NCBI RefSeq assembly: GCF_006345805.1
Contig: NC_043002.1
Location: 868,001-932,000 of the forward strand
DNA length: 64,000 nt
Direction of reading: 5' to 3'
From: Octopus sinensis
Taxonomy: Eukaryota
A program made the position numbers and the translations under genes. The notes under the pieces were generated by a model. The model saw only the letters and a list, made by a program, of their open reading frames with translations, had not been told where the DNA came from and did no database searches. Numbering within the stretch: position 1 is the first letter of the stretch; each line of letters opens with the position of its first letter. This document shows positions 13,206 to 25,850 of this stretch, piece by piece.

Positions 13206-15931
13206 GGACAATAAAGATTATATATAGATACTGTCATTATCAAAGTATAAGCTGTAAAAAAAATTAAAAACCCCCTATTAGTTAAAGAGTATAATTATTA
13301 TAATGAATATGAAAATCAAAATCAAATGGAAATTGTAGTCGTGATCCCCATACCGGTGGCACATAAAAAGCACCATCCTAGCATGGCTGATGCCAGCATC
13401 GCCTTCACTGGCCCCTATGCCAGTGACACATAAAAGCACTCACTACACTCTCGGGGTGGTTGGCGTTAGGAAGGGCATCCAGCTGTAGAAACACTGCCAG
13501 ATCAAATTGGAACCTGGTGCAGCCTCCTGGTTTCTCAGACCCCAGTCAAACCATCCAAGCCATGCCATGCCAGCATGGAAAACGGACGTTAAACGATGAT
13601 GATGATCCATCATATACATGTCTGTTGCATGATCTAAAGTTTTTTTATAATGAATGTTTTTAGATTTGGCATTATGTCTTTTGTTGCCTTCCATACTTGT
13701 TGAATTTTCTCAGGTTAACCCTCAAGAGTAGACCTTACGCTTTTACAGTCTGTAATCGTCAAGTTCAAAGGTCACAGTTTTAAGCAGATATTTCAGCAAT
13801 TATAATACATGTGACTCAGCACCTTTTTTTCTTATACATCATAATAGAAAAAAACAGATTGTATTCTACATGAGCTATTTTTTCCAGGATTGCTTCTATG
13901 GTGTGCATTATACGTTGGTGCTCTTTATATTTGAATACATATTTTACTGCCTTAGTCTCTCTCTCTCTCTCTCTGTGCCTCTCATTCAGATATTTATAGC
14001 ACAACACACATAAAAACATATTTGACATAACTGAGTTTGTATTGGAACTCATGAATTGCAACTGAAATCTTCACTTTTTTTTGGGATCCAGACTGGAATG
14101 CCAGTCATTTTCGAAATGCTGGTTGCAATTGCTTACGTTTGTCTCTCTCTCCCACCAAACACTTATATTATTTCTTCATCAACAAGAGAAAAAAGGAAAG
14201 ACAAAGAAACTACAACAGCTTGGGAACATGAGTTCTCTCTCTAATCTTATGGTGCATTTTTAATCATTCAAATTTACATAATTTATGTCAAAAGTAATTA
14301 TGTAAAAATGTCAGGTGAATTGTGTTTGACCTTGGATAATTCTGAATTCATTCCTCAATCTTCATAACCCTTTTAAGATTGGTGAGATTGATGTGATTCG
14401 ACAATTATGAAGTCAGTGGATGACTACAAGGCAAACATGGGGTAAGGAGAAAATTCGAGAGTGATAATATTGAAAGGACTGGGGGAGGAGTAAAAATTTA
14501 GATAGAGGTAGAGAATGAGTGATTTATCGAAATGAAAAGGCATGTGAGCCATCACTGCAAGGAGCATTAGTCCGTATTGAATGAAGAGGATGAAGAGGCA
14601 GTACCTGCAGGGTGGCAGTGTATTGATAATTGATTCCATGTTAATCTATAAGGTGATCTTTTTGTTTTGGTGGGGGTAGCAAGTGAAATGAAGTCTGGGA
14701 TGTTTGGTAACAAAATTGTGGGAACAGCAGCATCCTAGTCTAGATCTTGAGATGAACAGGAACTGTTTGGAGCTCAAATATGTTTGGCTCTAGACAGAAA
14801 GACCAGCATTTTTGGATGTAATTTTTGTTGTGTTGTGGGAAGATTGAGAGATGTACAGAATTCTTCCTGATTTTAATTATGTTTTCTTCATAATGAGTGT
14901 GGAGTTGAAGATCTCAGAGAGAAGGGGGATGAAAGCCTTAGTTAGGCAGTTTGGTGGTTTGCAGTTCAATGTTTTGTTGATGTCAAGTTGTTTTTGTCTG
15001 AATTCTCTCAAGGAGAAGGACTCATTCATGAGTTACATAGAGAAACATATCTTCAGCAGAAGCACTTTCATGGAATCTTACCTTATGGTTATTTGGGACG
15101 ATGTAGGATTCAGGCTGTTGGAAAATATGGTTTTTAATGCTTGTCTCTATCACCTTTGAGATGTTGAGAGTGAAATAAAGTAAGAGTTTGTGGAGAAACG
15201 GTGTAGCGTCTGTTGGTATGGGTTACTCTGCAACATGTTTCCAAAGATTGAGATAAATGTAAGTGGAAAGGAAGTAATGAAAGAGTTTGGTGAGGATAGG
15301 GACTAGTTGTGTAATGATTTGTTTTACAGTAATGGAAGAAACACTGTTAGAACTATGTAAGTAGTCCGGTTGGATATGTGTGGAGTTGGGTGAGACACTT
15401 GGAATCTTTTGCTTACTGAGGAATCAAACTATGAGATACAAGATGCAAGAACTAAGGATACAAAATTTTATATCAACTGATAGGGTAACCTCCTATTGTG
15501 TCATCTTGGTTGTAGACCATTGGATCTGATGGTAGGTTGCCATTGAGGTTCTTACTATGCATAGGGAAGTGTGGTTAGCACACTGTGATATTATATTTCC
15601 TTGCCAGAAACCATGCAACAGTAGGAATATTAAGCCAAGCTGTGTGTTAAGAATACTAACACCACAGTATTTTGTCCAACTTTCTATTAATTCTAGCAGC
15701 CATTGTTCCACATATTTATCTTTGTTCATTTCTATTCTTTTAACATAAATGCCTACCAAAAAAAAAACTGTCATTTTATCAACCTACCAAAGAAATACAC
15801 AACATGAATTTAAAATCTTATACATATGTTGTGCTTAATATTTCTTGAAATAAAATATTTTTCTCTAAGATCACAATTGATATTTCTTGAAAATTATAAG
15901 TAATTTTATTATAATTTTTGATTACTTTTAG

Positions 15932-16116
15932 ATCATACGGCCCGTATTTGGTGCATTGAATCAGGTGTTGCTTTACAGCAGTATATTGGCCATCAAGGTT
16001 CAGTTAACTCAATCCGATTCCATCCTAATCAAGATCTAGCCTTAACAGGCTCCGGAGACAGAACTGCGCATATATGGAAAATGCAGTTTACTTTACCGTC
16101 CCATTTGGAATTTATG
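15932..16116 (+). CDS. WDR37: WDR37 internal exon (WD40 repeats 1-2)
   Basis: tacttttag|AT ... TTTATG|gttagt; 185 nt, phase 1-0. (D)[61 protein letters not shown] matches WDR37 DHTALLWSIETG...[30 protein letters not shown]. In frame with the 2155 donor. Confidence 0.93.
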
Positions 16117-16230
16117 GTTAGTACTATGAAATATCTACTTTTATTTATTTGAAATTAATAGCATACTTCCACCTTTCAGGACTATTTTAGTTTCATGTGA
16201 TGTTGAACAAATTTCTTTTGCTGTCATCAT

Positions 16231-17965
16231 TGGTGTGGTTGCGTGGTAAGAAGTTTGTATTCCAACCACACGGTTCTGGGTTCAGTTCTACTGCATGGCA
16301 CCTTGCGTGAGTGTCTTCTACTATAGCCTCAGGTTGATCAGAGCCTTATTTGTGGATCTAGTGGACAGAAACTGAAAGTAGCCTGTCATATGTGTGTGTA
16401 TGTATGTATGTATATATATATATATATATAGGGGTTGGACAAAATAATGGAAACACCTAGCATCATACCATCATAATTTTGAAATATCTATAAAATCGTC
16501 AAAAGCTTGTTTATATTTGTTTTTTTTTAAAATTTATTATTAGTGTTGCTTAGTATGTTTTGCTAAAATTGCTGTTTATTTTCAGATATAATCAGAAAAA
16601 GGTAATTAAAATTCATTAAAATGACAGATCTATTGGACTTTCAAAGAGGTCAGATTGTTGGTGCTCGTTTATAAGGTGCTAGTGTAACGAAAACAGCCAA
16701 AATGTTTGGTGTATCAAGAAGTACTGTCTCAAATGTAATGGCAACTTTTGCTAAAGAGGGAAAAACCTCCTCGTCAAAACAAAACTCCAGAAAAAAGCCA
16801 AAACTTTCAGATAGGGACTGTTGGACTCTCACACAAATTGTTAGAAAGGTTCACAAAAGTACAGCTTCCAAAATTACTGCAGAGCTTAATGACCACCTTG
16901 AGAATCCAGTTTCCACAAAAACTGTTCATTGGGAGCTGCACAAAGCCAGATTTCACGGGAGGGCTGCAATCAGAAAACCACTACTTTACTAAACAAACCT
17001 TGCAAAGCATTTATAGTAGAGTAAAAACTACAGAATTGGTCCCTGGAGCAGTGGAAGAATGTTATTTTCTTGGACAAGTCATCCTTTACCTTATTTCTGA
17101 CCACTGGCTGAGTATACGCGTGGAGACAGCCAAAAGAAGCACTTGACCAGACTGTCTTCTTCCAACTGTTAAACATGGAGAAGGATCTGTGATGAACTGG
17201 GGGGTGGGCTATATCTTGAAAATATGCCAGCCCAATGGTTTCTCTTCATGGCAGAATTAATAGTTAAGGCTATTTAGGCCTTTTATCTGATCAAATTCAT
17301 CCTATGGTTGCGGAACTGTTTCCGGAGAGAAACGCAATCTTCCAGGATGATAATGCACCAATTCACACTGCTAAAGTTGTTATTGAATGACACAAGGAAC
17401 ATTCTAGTGAAGTTGAACATCTTATCTGGCCACCACAATCCACACATCTCAATATTATTGAACATTTCTGGTGCATTTTAGAAAAGCAAGTAAGGAGTCG
17501 ATATCCTCCACCATCATCACTACAAGAACTGGAGACTGTTTTAGCTGAAGAATGGACAAAATTTCCTTTGGAAACAATTAAAACTTTGTATGAGTCCATA
17601 CTTCGTAGAATTCAATTACTGAAATTACTGCCAAAGGCAGTCCTACCCCATATTAAAATAAATTTGTTTGGAATTTTAAGGTGTTTCCATTATTTTGTCT
17701 AACCCCTGTATATATATATATATGTGTGTGTGTGTGTTTGTGTGCACCTTTGTGTCTGTCTATGTCCCTTGCCACTGTTTGACAACCACTGTTGGTGTGT
17801 TTATGTCCCCTTAACCTAGCGGTCTGGCAAAAGAGACTGATAGGACAAGTCCTAGGCTTAAAAGAAACTTGACTACTCATACTGGAGTTGATTCATTGAA
17901 CTAAGATTCTTCAAGGTGGTACTCCAGCATGGCCTCAGTCTGATAACTGGAATAAGTAAAAAAAA
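16231..17965 (+). mobile_element. tRNA-derived CORE-type SINE split by the Tc1 insertion
   Basis: Head (tggttgcgtggtaag...gggttcagttc) and CORE-like accttg..agtgtcttc at 16231-16400; 3' half (ttgacaacc..ggtgtgttta..gcggtctggcaaaagagac..ctccagcatggcc) at 17735-17965. Confidence 0.75.
16429..17708 (+). mobile_element. Full-length Tc1-like (DD34E) transposon, pseudogenised (1,280 bp)
   Basis: TIR (c/t)aggggtt(g/a)gacaaaataatggaaacacct at both ends, within a (TA)n tract. Transposase 16621-17654: MTDLLDFQRGQIVGARL*GASVTKTAKMFGVSRSTVS...FQDDNAPIHTAK...WPPQSTHLNIIEHFW; stops and frameshifts. Confidence 0.93.
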
Positions 17966-18679
17966 AAAAAATTCAATGATGTCAGGCAAAAAAGAAAAAA
18001 AATTTCATTTGATTTGAATATTCTTGATAAACATTAGGTGTAGCCATGGTTGTGTGGCTAAGAAGTTTGATCCCACTGCATGACCCCTTGGGAAGTATCT
18101 TTTACTATAATTCCAGATTGACCAATGTCTTGTGAAGGAATTTGGTGAATGGAAACTGAAAGAAACCTGTTGAATATGTGTGTGTATTTCTGAGTGAATG
18201 CTTATATAACTACACTGTTCAGTTCCAAATGGGAATATTAATGTCTGTGGCTGGACTGCTTCAACCAATCGTGTCTGGTAACATTTCTTGTCAACAAATT
18301 GTCCGTTTCCTCTACACTTTTGAATTCCTCTGCAATAAAATCTCTTATTTGAAAAAAGGGCAACAGGAAGTGCACCCAGCTGTAAAAACTCTACCTCAAA
18401 CTTTTTCCTGCCTAAGCCATGGAGAAACAAGCATTAAACAAGAGGATTAACGATCTCTAGATAGAAATATTAACAGAAGATATAATGATTATAATCATCA
18501 TTATTATAATCATCATTATTATAATTAATGTTTTAGTATTTGAATATTAATCAATGGTTCTGTGAACGATAATCCTACGGAGACACCCTCTTCCTTTGCA
18601 GTCTCACTGCGGAGATTTGGCAACTCCCCTTTAATCTCTCCCCTTTTTTTTACTCTTCGTGGTCTACCCCTTTGCATAC

Positions 18680-19380
18680 GCAGACACGAATACCTTCAAT
18701 TATTTCAAACCAACAAAGCCACTTCACCACACAATCTCCTATCTGTTACCTTCAAACATTGTATCCCAGAGCTAGCCCCTATGCCCACTAGCTTCTCCCT
18801 TTATACAGGGATCTGCTCTGATCTTTGGAAATCTATTATAGTGTGTCCCATTCCCAAAGGAAGGCAATCTCTCTGACATTATAAACTATTGTTTTGTTGC
18901 ACTCATTTCTCACATCTCAACTGTAATAGAGATAGCCATTAACTATGGCATCCTCTTACATCACACACTCTCTCTCTTTTTAAGGACTTCACTATGGTTT
19001 CTAGTTGTACTGATAACCTACTTTCCTCTCTCACCTACAAGTGGTAGGCTCTTAGCTTGGAGGAATTTGGCAAGAGCAATGTTGTTGCCATTCATATCAG
19101 GAAGGTCTTCAATATGTTCTGCATGTCAATCTCTTATCAAAATTTCTTGCCTATGGGCTCTATCTCTTGGATTGGTAGCTTCCTGTCAGATTATACTATT
19201 GCTGTGTGTGTGTGTGTGTGTTGACCATGTTCTTTCTGTCCTTCATTCTATTAACATGCCCCAAATTTTGCCCCCCTCTCTTCCTTCTATCTATGAATTA
19301 CTTGCCATCACATCTGGTAACACCCACTCTTACACAGATGACACTATTCTCCACCTTTGCTTTGTTTACTCATGACCTGG
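18680..19380 (+). mobile_element. Degenerate CR1/Jockey-group LINE RT remnant
   Basis: NKATSPHNL..FKHCIPELAP, WKSIIVCPIPKG and INELLAITSGNTHSYTDDTILH resemble KA.GPD..LK.C.PELAP, WK.A.V.PIPK and INDL...YADD. Confidence 0.55.
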
Positions 19381-20535
19381 ACATCAGATACCAAAACACA
19401 GAAGGACTCCATTAACAGAATATGTCACTTTTTTCTCTTTCTGTCACAAGAAAACACAAATGTTGCTCATACCAAGTGAAAATCCGGTCATGAGCAGCAC
19501 TTGGTTACAGTCCCTAAAATTGTCTCAATTCTTCGTTGAGAACGATGTACTGAGTGGATATCACCATTCATGGCTGGCTGATTTTAGGAAAGTACTGGCC
19601 CTAAGGAGGTACATTTCACAAGGGAAACTCTCTCATCTATTCCTTAATGTCTTACATAAAAATATTATTCATCCATTCCTTTGTTAGTATACAAAAAACA
19701 AATCAAGTCTGTTCGTACAATTCAACAAAAGTTATAGCAATTTCGAAGTAGTAGGTGCTTATGTTTTTTGTTCCCTCAAAAATAATGCAGTCATAGGGGA
19801 AACTAAATCAGTGTGCTAAAGGTTAAAGTAAGGTATTGCTATTGGATTTGTGACAGTGATGTTGCTGCATACACACATTCTAGACAGCATGCAGAAGAAG
19901 GGCCACCCAACTGCTTGTCCTTAAGTCATTCCCTGACCCAGTCCCTCCTCTGGCTCCTAAGGCAGGCTGTCTCCTCTCACTCTCTCTCTTTCTAGGGGCT
20001 ACTATAATTGTCTTTACTCATGCTTTCTTTACTTTACACATTTTCTCCTTTCATTACTTTTCTTTCCAACTCTTTAGGTTCTGCTTTGATTGTTTCACTC
20101 ACTCGGTTTTCCCAAGAAGTTCAATCTTCTGGAACTCCCCCACCCCTGCTTTTATTTTCTTTGCAATATTGTCTTACATGTCTAGAAGGGGTTGCAAAGG
20201 CTATGGAGACTGGCGTTTCCTCCAAATGCCACACAAAAAAAAAAAAAAAAAGAAAAAGGAGGCATATTCTTTGTTCTTTTACTACTTTTATTTTGGTATA
20301 TTGACACAATACAATGTCCCTTGGTTATTTCATTCGATATAAGACATGAAATACAATGTTGAATAGAATACGTATTGAGTTCTATTACTCCACTTGGTTT
20401 GACTAAATGATACTTTTAACACGTGTGTATATATATATATGTATGAAGCATAACATACATGTGTATATATATTTTTGTCTGTATGTATGTATGTATGTAT
20501 GTATGTATATATGTTTGTATGTATGTGTGTGTGTG

Positions 20536-20900
20536 TCATCATCATCATCATCATCGTTTAACGTCCGTTCTCCATGCTAGCATGGGTTGGATGGTTCGAC
20601 CGGGGTTCTGGGAAGCCAGAGGTCTGCACCAGGCTCCAGTCTGATCTGGCATTGTTTCTACAGCTGGATGCCCTTCCTAACGCCAACCACTCCGTGAGTG
20701 TAGTGGGTGCTTTTTACGTGCCACCCGCACAGGTGCCAGGCGAGGCTGGCAACGGCCACGGTCGGATTGGTGCATTTTACGTGCCACCGGCACGGAAGCC
20801 AGTCGAGGTGGCGCTGGCATCGGCCATGATTCGGATAGTGCTTTTTACGTACCACCTGTCCAGGGGTCCTGGCATCTGCCGGGTGCCAGTCATAGGATTG
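20536..20900 (-). mobile_element. RTE-A LINE 3' end
   Basis: (CAT)n tail, ccatgctagcatgg, cttcctaacgccaaccactcc, and 3-4 gtgccaccggcac repeat units. Confidence 0.85.
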
Positions 20901-21128
20901 GTTCATAGGATTGTGTGTGTATATATATATATATGCATATCTATGCATGTGTGTGTGTGTGTGTGTATATGTATATATACAGGGTTATTCAAAAAGAATG
21001 AACTGATTTCGTTATGCAATATTTTAATAAGGAAAAGCAATAGAAAACTCCAGCTGAGTCCCAAGTATCGACTCACAATCAACTTTTATTTTCTGTCACA
21101 CACACAGACAGACAGACAGACAGAGAGA

Positions 21129-21530
21129 GGCATAGTTGTGTAGTTAAGAAGTTTGTTTCCCAATTGTATGATTTCGGGTTCACTCTCACTGTATGGCACC
21201 TTGGACAAGTATCTTCTTCCATAGTCCCTCATTGACCAAAACCTTGTGAGTGGATTTGATAGTTGGAATTGAAAAGAGCCTGATGTGTGTGTGTGTGTGT
21301 GTTTGAGTCTCTTTGCTTTGACGTTGGATGAAAGTTGTAAATGGATGTCTCTGTCAGACAGGCAGTCATTCTTTTCCAATATTCTGTGTGTTCGGTAATG
21401 AGGAAATAGCATTTTGTTTGGAAACAGATAAGGGTTGGCGACAGGAAGGACATCCAGCTGTAGAATATCTGCTTCAATAAACTCTGTCTGACCCATACAA
21501 GCGTGGAAAACTGGTTGTTAAATCAACGAT
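21129..21530 (+). mobile_element. CORE-type SINE whose 3' end resembles the RTE-A 3' end
   Basis: tRNA-like head plus accttggacaagtatcttc. Ends ggttggcgacaggaaggacatccagctgtagaa...cccatacaagcgtggaaaactgg..gttaaa, similar to the LINE terminus. Confidence 0.6.
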
Positions 21531-21610
21531 TATCTATTGTTCTGTGTGTGTGTGTGTGTGTGGTGTGTGTGTGTGTGTGTATATGTGTATGCAGGAGTGC
21601 GAATGTATGC

Positions 21611-21671
<61 letters not shown>

Positions 21672-21679
<8 letters not shown>

Positions 21680-24429
21680 TGAGATGCTTGAGCGGAGACG
21701 TGTAGATTTGTGCTGCATCCAAGAAGTAAGGTGGAGAGAGGTTCCTCACAGGCAAAGAACACAGGTACAAGATTTTCTGGGCAGGGAACACTGACGGGGT
21801 CGGGGGCGTGGGTATACTTCTTGCGGAGAAATGGGTTGATAAGGTAATCGAGGTAGTCAGAGTATGTGACAGAGTACTTAAGATTAGATTAGTGCTTCAC
21901 CATAGGTCAGCTACCATTATCTTGGCCTATGCCCCTCAGCCGGGGCTACCAGAGGGGCAGGAAGACCGATTCTATGACACCCTATTGCAGACTACCTCGT
22001 CGACGAATGACAGAGACCTTCTTTTTGTGGCTGGTGATTTCAATGGACATGTTGGACAACGTGCAGGGGGCTTCCATGGCATACATGGAGGCTATGGTTT
22101 TGGTTCCCGCAATGAGGAGGGAACCAGACTGCTGGAGTTCTGCGATGCAAATGATCTTATGGTTTGCAATACTAACTTCAGGAAACCCGCCCGTTACCTA
22201 GTGACCTATCGTTCTGGCAGACACACCAGCCAAATTGACTATATCCTCACCAGAAAACGGGAAAGAGGGCTGCTTATCAATGCCAAAACCTTCCCAGGCG
22301 AAGAATGTACCACTCAACATAGATTAGTAGTTAGCGACTTCAGGATCAGGGCTAAATGGTTGCCCAGAAGATCAGCCTGGAGGAGAAGGGTCTGGAAACT
22401 TAAAGATCCTGCAAATGGGCAGAGATTTAGAAACGTATTACTCAAAGCCTTTGATGAAATAGAAGGGGATATAGCATCACATAATGTGGAAGACAACTGG
22501 AGGTTTCTACGGGACAACCTGCTGAGCGCCACTGACCAGATCTGTGGCTGGTGCAAAGTCCCCACTCAACCCAAGGTAACATGGTGATGGAAAAATGTTG
22601 ACAGGGCTATTAGACAAAAGAAACAGGCTTGGAAGGACTGGAAGAACAGTGGTAGTAGGGAAGTGTATCAGACTGCCAGGAGGGAAGCTAGGAGACAGGT
22701 TTATTTAGCCAGAGGGGAAGCGGATAAGAAAAAATTTGCCAATGTTCTGCATCGTGAGGACCAAAGACTTGAGGTATTTGGTGTTGCAAGACAGTGTGTG
22801 AGAGAGAATCATGATGTAGTAGGAGAGAAATGTGTTCGCATTGATGATGGTTCACTTGCGCTAAATGAGGATGCAAAGAGAGAGGTTTGGAGATGCCACT
22901 ATGAAAGGTTGCTGAATAAAGAAAATGAATGGGATAAAGAGAGTCTGCCGAATGTTGACCCAACAGAGGGACCAGCTATCTGAGTTGACAGTTCTTTGGT
23001 AGTTAAGGCAATTACAAGCATGAAGACAGGGAAAGCCCCAGGCCCATCAGGAATTACTGCAGAGATGCTAAAAAATCTGGCAGTGTCGGCTATATCCTAG
23101 TCACCCGTATAGTTAACCAGGTAATACACGAAGGAGTCATACCCAATGACTGGTGTAGCAGCACCATAGTCAACTGCTACAAAGGTAAAGGAGATGCATT
23201 CGATACGAATAATTACAGAGGTATCAAGCTGTTGGATCAGGTAATGAAGGTTACGGAGAGGGTCATAGCCCAACTGATTAGGGAGAGAGTCAACTTGGAT
23301 AAGATGCAGTTTGGTTTCGTGCCAGGGAAAAGCACCACTGATGCCATATTTCTGGTGAGACAGCTGCAGGAGAAATACCTAGCCAAAGATAAGCCCCTGT
23401 ACCTGGTTTTTGTTGACATGGAGAAAGCCTTTGACAGGGTCCCCCGATCCCTTGTTTGGTGGTCAATGAGGAAACTAGGGATAGCTGAATGGTTAGTGAG
23501 AGCTGTGCAAGCCATGTACAGGGATGCTGTAAGTAAGGTGAGGGTTGGCAACGTGTACACTGAAGAATTCAAGGTAGAGGTTGGGGTCTACCAGGGTTCA
23601 GTCCTCAGCCCCCTCCTATTTATCATAATCCTCCAGGCAATTACGGAGGAATTCAAGACAGGATGCCCCTGGGAGCTCCTCTAAGCTGATGACCTTGCTC
23701 TAATTGCTGAGTCACTATCAGAACTGGAGGAGAAGTTTCAAGTGTGGAAGGAGGGATTAGAATCGAGGGGCCTTAGAGTCAACCTAGCTAAAACCAAAGT
23801 CCTAATAAGTAGGAAAGTAGACAAACCACAAATGCCATCAGGTAGATGGCCCTGCTCGATCTGTAGAAAAGGCGTAGGTAGAAACTCTATAAGATGTACC
23901 CAGTGTAAGCTATGGACACATAAGAGGTGCAGCAATATCAAAGGAAGGCTAACTGGGAAGATAGTTTTTGTGTGTGGCAGATGCTCAGGAGCAATAAACA
24001 CTGAAAATTTGCAGAAAACAACTTCCGTCACTTTCCAGGGGAAAAAACTAGAAGTAGTTGATGGCTTCCATTATCTAGGTGACCAAGTCAGTAGTGGGGG
24101 TGGATGTGCTGAAAGTGTTACTGCTAGAGTAAGAATAGCCTGGGCAAAGTTCAAGGAGCTCTTACCTCTGCTGGTGACTAAAGGCCTCTCGCTCAGAGTA
24201 AAAGGCAGACTGTATGATGCATGTGTACGAACAGCCATGCTACATGGCAGTGAAACATGGGCCGTGATTGCTGAGGACATGCGTAAGCTCGCGAGGAATG
24301 AAACCAGTATGCTCCAATGGATGTGTAATGTCAGTGTGCATACTCGACAGAGTGTTAGTACCTTGAGAGAAATGTTGGACTTAAGAAGCATCAGCTGTGG
24401 TGTGCAAGAGAGATGATTGCGCTGGTATG
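21672..24429 (+). pseudogene. RTE-A LINE ORF2 (APE endonuclease - RT - PHD insert), near full-length, 3'-truncated
   Basis: [37 protein letters not shown] (EN); FVDMEKAFDRV, QGSVLSPLLF, LL*ADDL (YADD hit by TAA at 23682-23684), FHYLGD; ends at RLRWY. Confidence 0.92.
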
Positions 24430-24447
24430 AAAATGTGCCATTTTAAT

Positions 24448-24610
24448 GATATGCTAGCATCTCTCCTAATACATGGGAGGGCACAGCTATTGACCGTAGC
24501 AGATGGAGAAGGATTGTGTATGAAGGGATAGCTACTTATGAGAAAGTAAGGAGGGATGTCAAGAAGGGTATCATTGTTGCACTTCCAGATGGTAAGGGTC
24601 TTCCTATGAC
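24448..24610 (+). mobile_element. Fragment of the RTE-B (zinc-finger) LINE family
   Basis: Colinear with about 34250-34435 (catctctcct.atacatggga.ggca.agctattga.cgtagcag ... gggtcttcctatga) with an internal deletion. Confidence 0.75.
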
Positions 24611-24726
24611 CGTGCAATTGCTACCACTTTTTCACCTTTTTCATGGCATTCTATCATATCCAGTTTATCTTCCAGCATTATAGCATGATGCTTAGCACTT
24701 ATTCTATGAATTGTCTTAGGAGCCAT
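24604..24726 (-). mobile_element. Tigger/pogo-like transposase N-terminal fragment
   Basis: MAPKTIHRISAKHHAIMLEDKLDMIECHEKGEKVVAIARS* resembles the CENP-B/pogo N-terminal HTH motif KRKAITLE.KL.II...E.GE....IAR. Confidence 0.55.
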
Positions 24727-25421
24727 GGGGGCAAAAAAATAAAGTCACAAATGAATGAGAATGTGAAAGTAGCTGATAAACAGACGTAGACAAATCTGAA
24801 TTGAAAACAATCACAGGAATCACGAGTGACAACGATGCCTAATGATAGATATTGGAACTACAGGGCAACATGAGATCCAAAAGACCAATAAGACAACACA
24901 GCTGATTTCATGATTTCATTCACTAAGCTACGCTACTTTATGGTGCGTATCTTAACATTTACTATACGTATTTTAATATGATTCTATATGCTTTTATTCT
25001 TGTTTATTGTACAGTAACGTGATTTTATGTACCTTTAATGGTTTTCTAGTGATTTTACGATTCCAATATTTGTGGCGGACAGACGTGAAGTCGAGCGAAA
25101 TGACTTGATTTGATTTTTATTTTTCCATATATTATGTTTGAAAACCAACATATAATCGAGAACAAATCAAATCTAAATGACGTAAGCCTAGCCAAGGTAT
25201 GCCTGTAGATATGTATGTGTGTGTGTGTATGTATGCATGCATGTATGTATGTATGTATGTATATAAGTAAATAAGAAGAAAATGGAAAAGAAAAAAATTG
25301 AATAAATAATACTCGGTTCATTTTCTTTGTATCACAATGGAAAAGTAATGCAAAGCAAAAATGATATAAGAATAAGTATAAAAGAAACTATCAACAAAAC
25401 ACCAAAAAGTATCCCAAAATA

Positions 25422-25517
25422 TCCTACACGTGTTTCAGTCTGACAGTATGTTTAAATTATCAACAATCAAACAATTATAGATGTAAAAAGCCATATATTG
25501 TCAGGTATCTTCAGGGA
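25422..25517 (-). ncRNA. Minimal type I hammerhead-ribozyme-like motif (PLE type), degenerate
   Basis: Minus strand reads TCC-CTGAAGA-tac-CTGACA-(53 nt)-TGTCAG-act-GAAAC-ACGTGT-A-GGA. Intact core, palindromic stem III (ACACGTGT), GUA site, 3-bp stem I; proximal stem II mismatched. Confidence 0.55.
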
Positions 25518-25850
25518 AAAGTAAGTATATTTAACTAATTCGAGGATTGTGTTTTGAAATTTTCAAATGTAAACAACTGTGGAGTCCATGTGATTAGATA
25601 TTGATCGTTAAAATGTTGCTAAAATATCACAATGCATTTGAAAAATATATTTATAAAATTCTATGGGAGGAAAATGGGATAAAGACAAATGTAACATCAT
25701 TAGGAGTGTAAGATACAAAGTATTAGATTAAGAAATGTAAAGAAAGAAGTGATGAAAAGTTTGTTTATATTATACTATGATAATACCATTCTGTATTTAA
25801 GAGATGAGGGATTATGTACATTATTTACATTAGAAGGATATTTGTCTACA

